NCBI GenBank assembly: GCA_030390025.1
Contig: CM059432.1
Coordinates: 71,860,001-71,924,000 of the forward strand
DNA: 64,000 nucleotides
Reading direction: 5' to 3'
DNA from: Squalus acanthias
Lineage: Eukaryota
Shown: positions 61,753 through 64,000 of the stretch, piece by piece
Position numbering within the stretch: position 1 is the first letter of the stretch
Layout of the letters: every line of letters starts with the position of its first letter
Notes under the pieces: model-generated
Databases searched by the model: none
The model's input: only the letters and a program-made list of their open reading frames with translations
Told to the model about the DNA's origin: nothing
Program-made: the position numbers and the translations under genes

Positions 61753-62314
61753 ACATCTTAGTGCTGCAGCGGAAGCTCAGACTGCTCTCATGCAGTCTCA
61801 GTGTGATGCCACCCAAGCTCAGCTCCCTGTTATGCAGTCTCAGCTTGAAGCAACCCAAGCTCAGAGTGCTGCCATCATGGCTGGGTTTACCGCCGTTTAC
61901 CGAGGCTTGCAGGTTGTTGCAGCAGCCCAACAATCTGTGCTCCAACAGATTGCTAGGAATGCTGAGGTGCCACCCCAGGGGAGTGGCAGTGTGTCAGTGT
62001 GCAAGACCTTGCTGTCCTCTCTCGGGATGACAGCATTGCTACTCCCACCACTGCCACTCTGCCATTGCACTTGCCGCTGCCTGTTAGCCAGCCAGTCCAG
62101 ACTGTTGCCGCTCATGCCGAGGTGGTGCAGTCTACAGCCAGGCCTTCTAGGGCCAGAGCTGTTCGAGGTTGTCCTGCAAGGCCATCATAAGCCTCCAGCA
62201 TGGCAGCCTTCCACCAGCCATGCTACAGCCACTTGGGGAGCACTTCGTTGGAGCACTAGGTTAGGAAAAGCCATACGAAAGACAGACATTAAGGGATTTC
62301 CCAAGGGTGATTAG
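61753..62314 (+). pseudogene. H8 Myb partner, 3' part of exon 3
   Basis: QQSVLQQIARNAEV, SRDDSI, ALRWSTR...KGFPKGD*. Confidence 0.85.
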
Positions 62315-62482
62315 TTAATAGTATCATTGTACAAATGTGTCATGTGAATATTGATAAACGTATTCATTTTGTTTGGAATCTTTTGTGGTGTCTCATTTCA
62401 GCTTTGTGCCCAGGAGAAGGATTCCGTGAGACAGGGATGGTATTATGGAGATGTGGTGAGCAACGGGGATCTGGGGTTTCAT

Positions 62483-63462
62483 TCATTCGAATCGGAGTCT
62501 GATGAGCCGCTCACAGACAGCCCGTCCAGATGGACGATTGGGTGCCTGCCTCCTCCCTCCCTCCTCTTCCTCTTGCTCCTCATCCTCCTCCTCTCTCCTG
62601 AGGTGGTGGCACAATCCCTGTTGGCAAGGGCTGCACCCTCATGATGGCCAAGTTGTGAAACATGCAGCAGACCACCACGAAGTGGGACACCTGCTCCACC
62701 GAGTGGTCAAGGCAGCGGAACAGTAGCTTCAGTCATGAGCCAGGTGCAGAGAGGATAGCCCCTGTCTCCGAACAGCCATCCTCGAGCTTGCTGTGGTGGC
62801 TGGAAGATTGCTAGTACAGGGTGAAGGCATCATGGCTGCTGCCAGGATAGCAGGCATTGAAATTGCGGTTCACTGTATGTGGTCGCACACCAACTGACAT
62901 TAAGTGAGTGGTAGCCTTTGCAGTTACGGAAGATCTCTGGATTGTTATATGGTGCTCGCAAAGCCACGTGTGTGCAGTAGATGCACCATGGGGAAGCCCG
63001 CTATCCTGGCAAAGCCACATGTGCACTAGTCCTGCTTCTCTGCTGAGATAGAAACCAACCTAGTTCCTTTTCCTGGTATAGAGAGCTTCTGTGACCTCTG
63101 GATGCAGCGATGGATGGCGAACTGGGAGATGTTAGCTATGTCTCCTGCTGCAGACTGGAAGGATCCACTGGCGAAGAAATTGAGGGCCACGGTGACCTTG
63201 ACTGCCACTGGGAGAGCCATGGTTGCTCTGCTCTGAGGCTACAGGTCTGGTTGCAGGAGGTGGAAGAGTTCTGTGACTACCTCCTTGGTGAAGCATAGCC
63301 TCTTAAGACACTGCTCCTTGCTTAATTGGAGGTAGGAAAAGTGCTGTCGGAAGCCCCTAGGTGGGTAAGACCTGCTGTTGAGAGCCCTCAATTCCGCGCT
63401 GCCTTCCACTCCCTCTGCCGTAGATCATGGAGGGCAAGGTCAATTGCCAGTATAGTCCCCAT
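62483..63462 (-). pseudogene. H8 transposase, disrupted
   Basis: VAVKVTVALNFFASGSFQ, YPGSSHDAF, CCMFHNLAIMR. Confidence 0.9.
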
Positions 63463-64000
63463 GACTGTGAGCAAGTGTTGTGAGCAGAAGCCTTAAAAAA
63501 ATAATGAGGTAGTTCTTCATTTGCAACAACACTCCCTGTTACTAATTAACATTGAAATGAGTAAAGAAAGCTGTTGGATTTGCAGGAAGTTGCACAGAGC
63601 CACTCAAACTGCAGAACCATGTCAGGTGCAACTTATTGCTGATGATCCCTTTAAATATTGTTGCTGGAGCCTCCTTCCTGCTGTTGGACACCTGCTCTCC
63701 CTGTCGTTGTTTAGACAAGTTCGATGGCAAGAACGAATACTGCAGATCGGGCGTTGAGTGAGCGTTGCACACTCACTGACATCACGATCTCCGCCATTTA
63801 AATCCCTATAGTGATCACGTTTACCGGTAGCGCTACCGGCACTTGCAAAATGGCGCCTGCCTCGGGGTCCGCTACCAGCTGGCAGAAGAGCGCCAGCCGT
63901 CGCTTTCTCTACATTTCATGGCGGTAATGGGTGATGCAAACCAAAAGAATTTCTAGGCCATAGTCTTTCCTTATTCATTCAATCAAAACCTTTTATAATT

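Larger units (their letters stand above)
60009..63959. mobile_element. Composite of oppositely oriented Harbinger copies H7 (+) and H8 (-)
   Basis: Transposase-side ends at both termini (GGGCTAGAAATT / AATTTCTAGGCC). Confidence 0.85.

Noticed and set aside
61155..62030. 291-aa ORF as a transposase-Myb fusion protein
   Set aside because: Only the middle is in the transposase frame; the start and the Myb-derived end are out of frame
1..64000. Prokaryotic IS5-like elements, operons, tRNA or rRNA genes
   Set aside because: Spliceosomal introns and vertebrate LINEs show eukaryotic origin; no RNA gene was recognisable by eye

Overview
Eukaryotic, repeat-saturated vertebrate DNA, most likely a cartilaginous fish (inferred from HER1-like CR1 LINEs with ATTCTAT/TTCTTAT tails). 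No host gene is confidently recognisable. About half the window derives from a PIF/Harbinger DNA-transposon system with at least eight transposase-bearing copies plus many MITEs. Two copies (14973-19173 and 21233-25523) look fully intact: 12-bp TIRs, ATA target duplications, a 386-aa HARBI1-like DDE transposase and a convergent three-exon Myb/SANT (NAIF1/MYPOP-type) partner gene that splices in frame to 459/488 aa. The rest is mostly CR1 LINEs (two near full length with esterase ORF1), a second CR1-group LINE family and L2 fragments, often nested. Notable oddities: non-canonical A-N-A target duplications, a conserved LRRS[S/T]R tail on the Myb protein, a two-piece locally templated insertion inside a LINE, and an old inverted repeat bracketing the TE stack. 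Coordinates were read by eye; boundaries of decayed copies are approximate.
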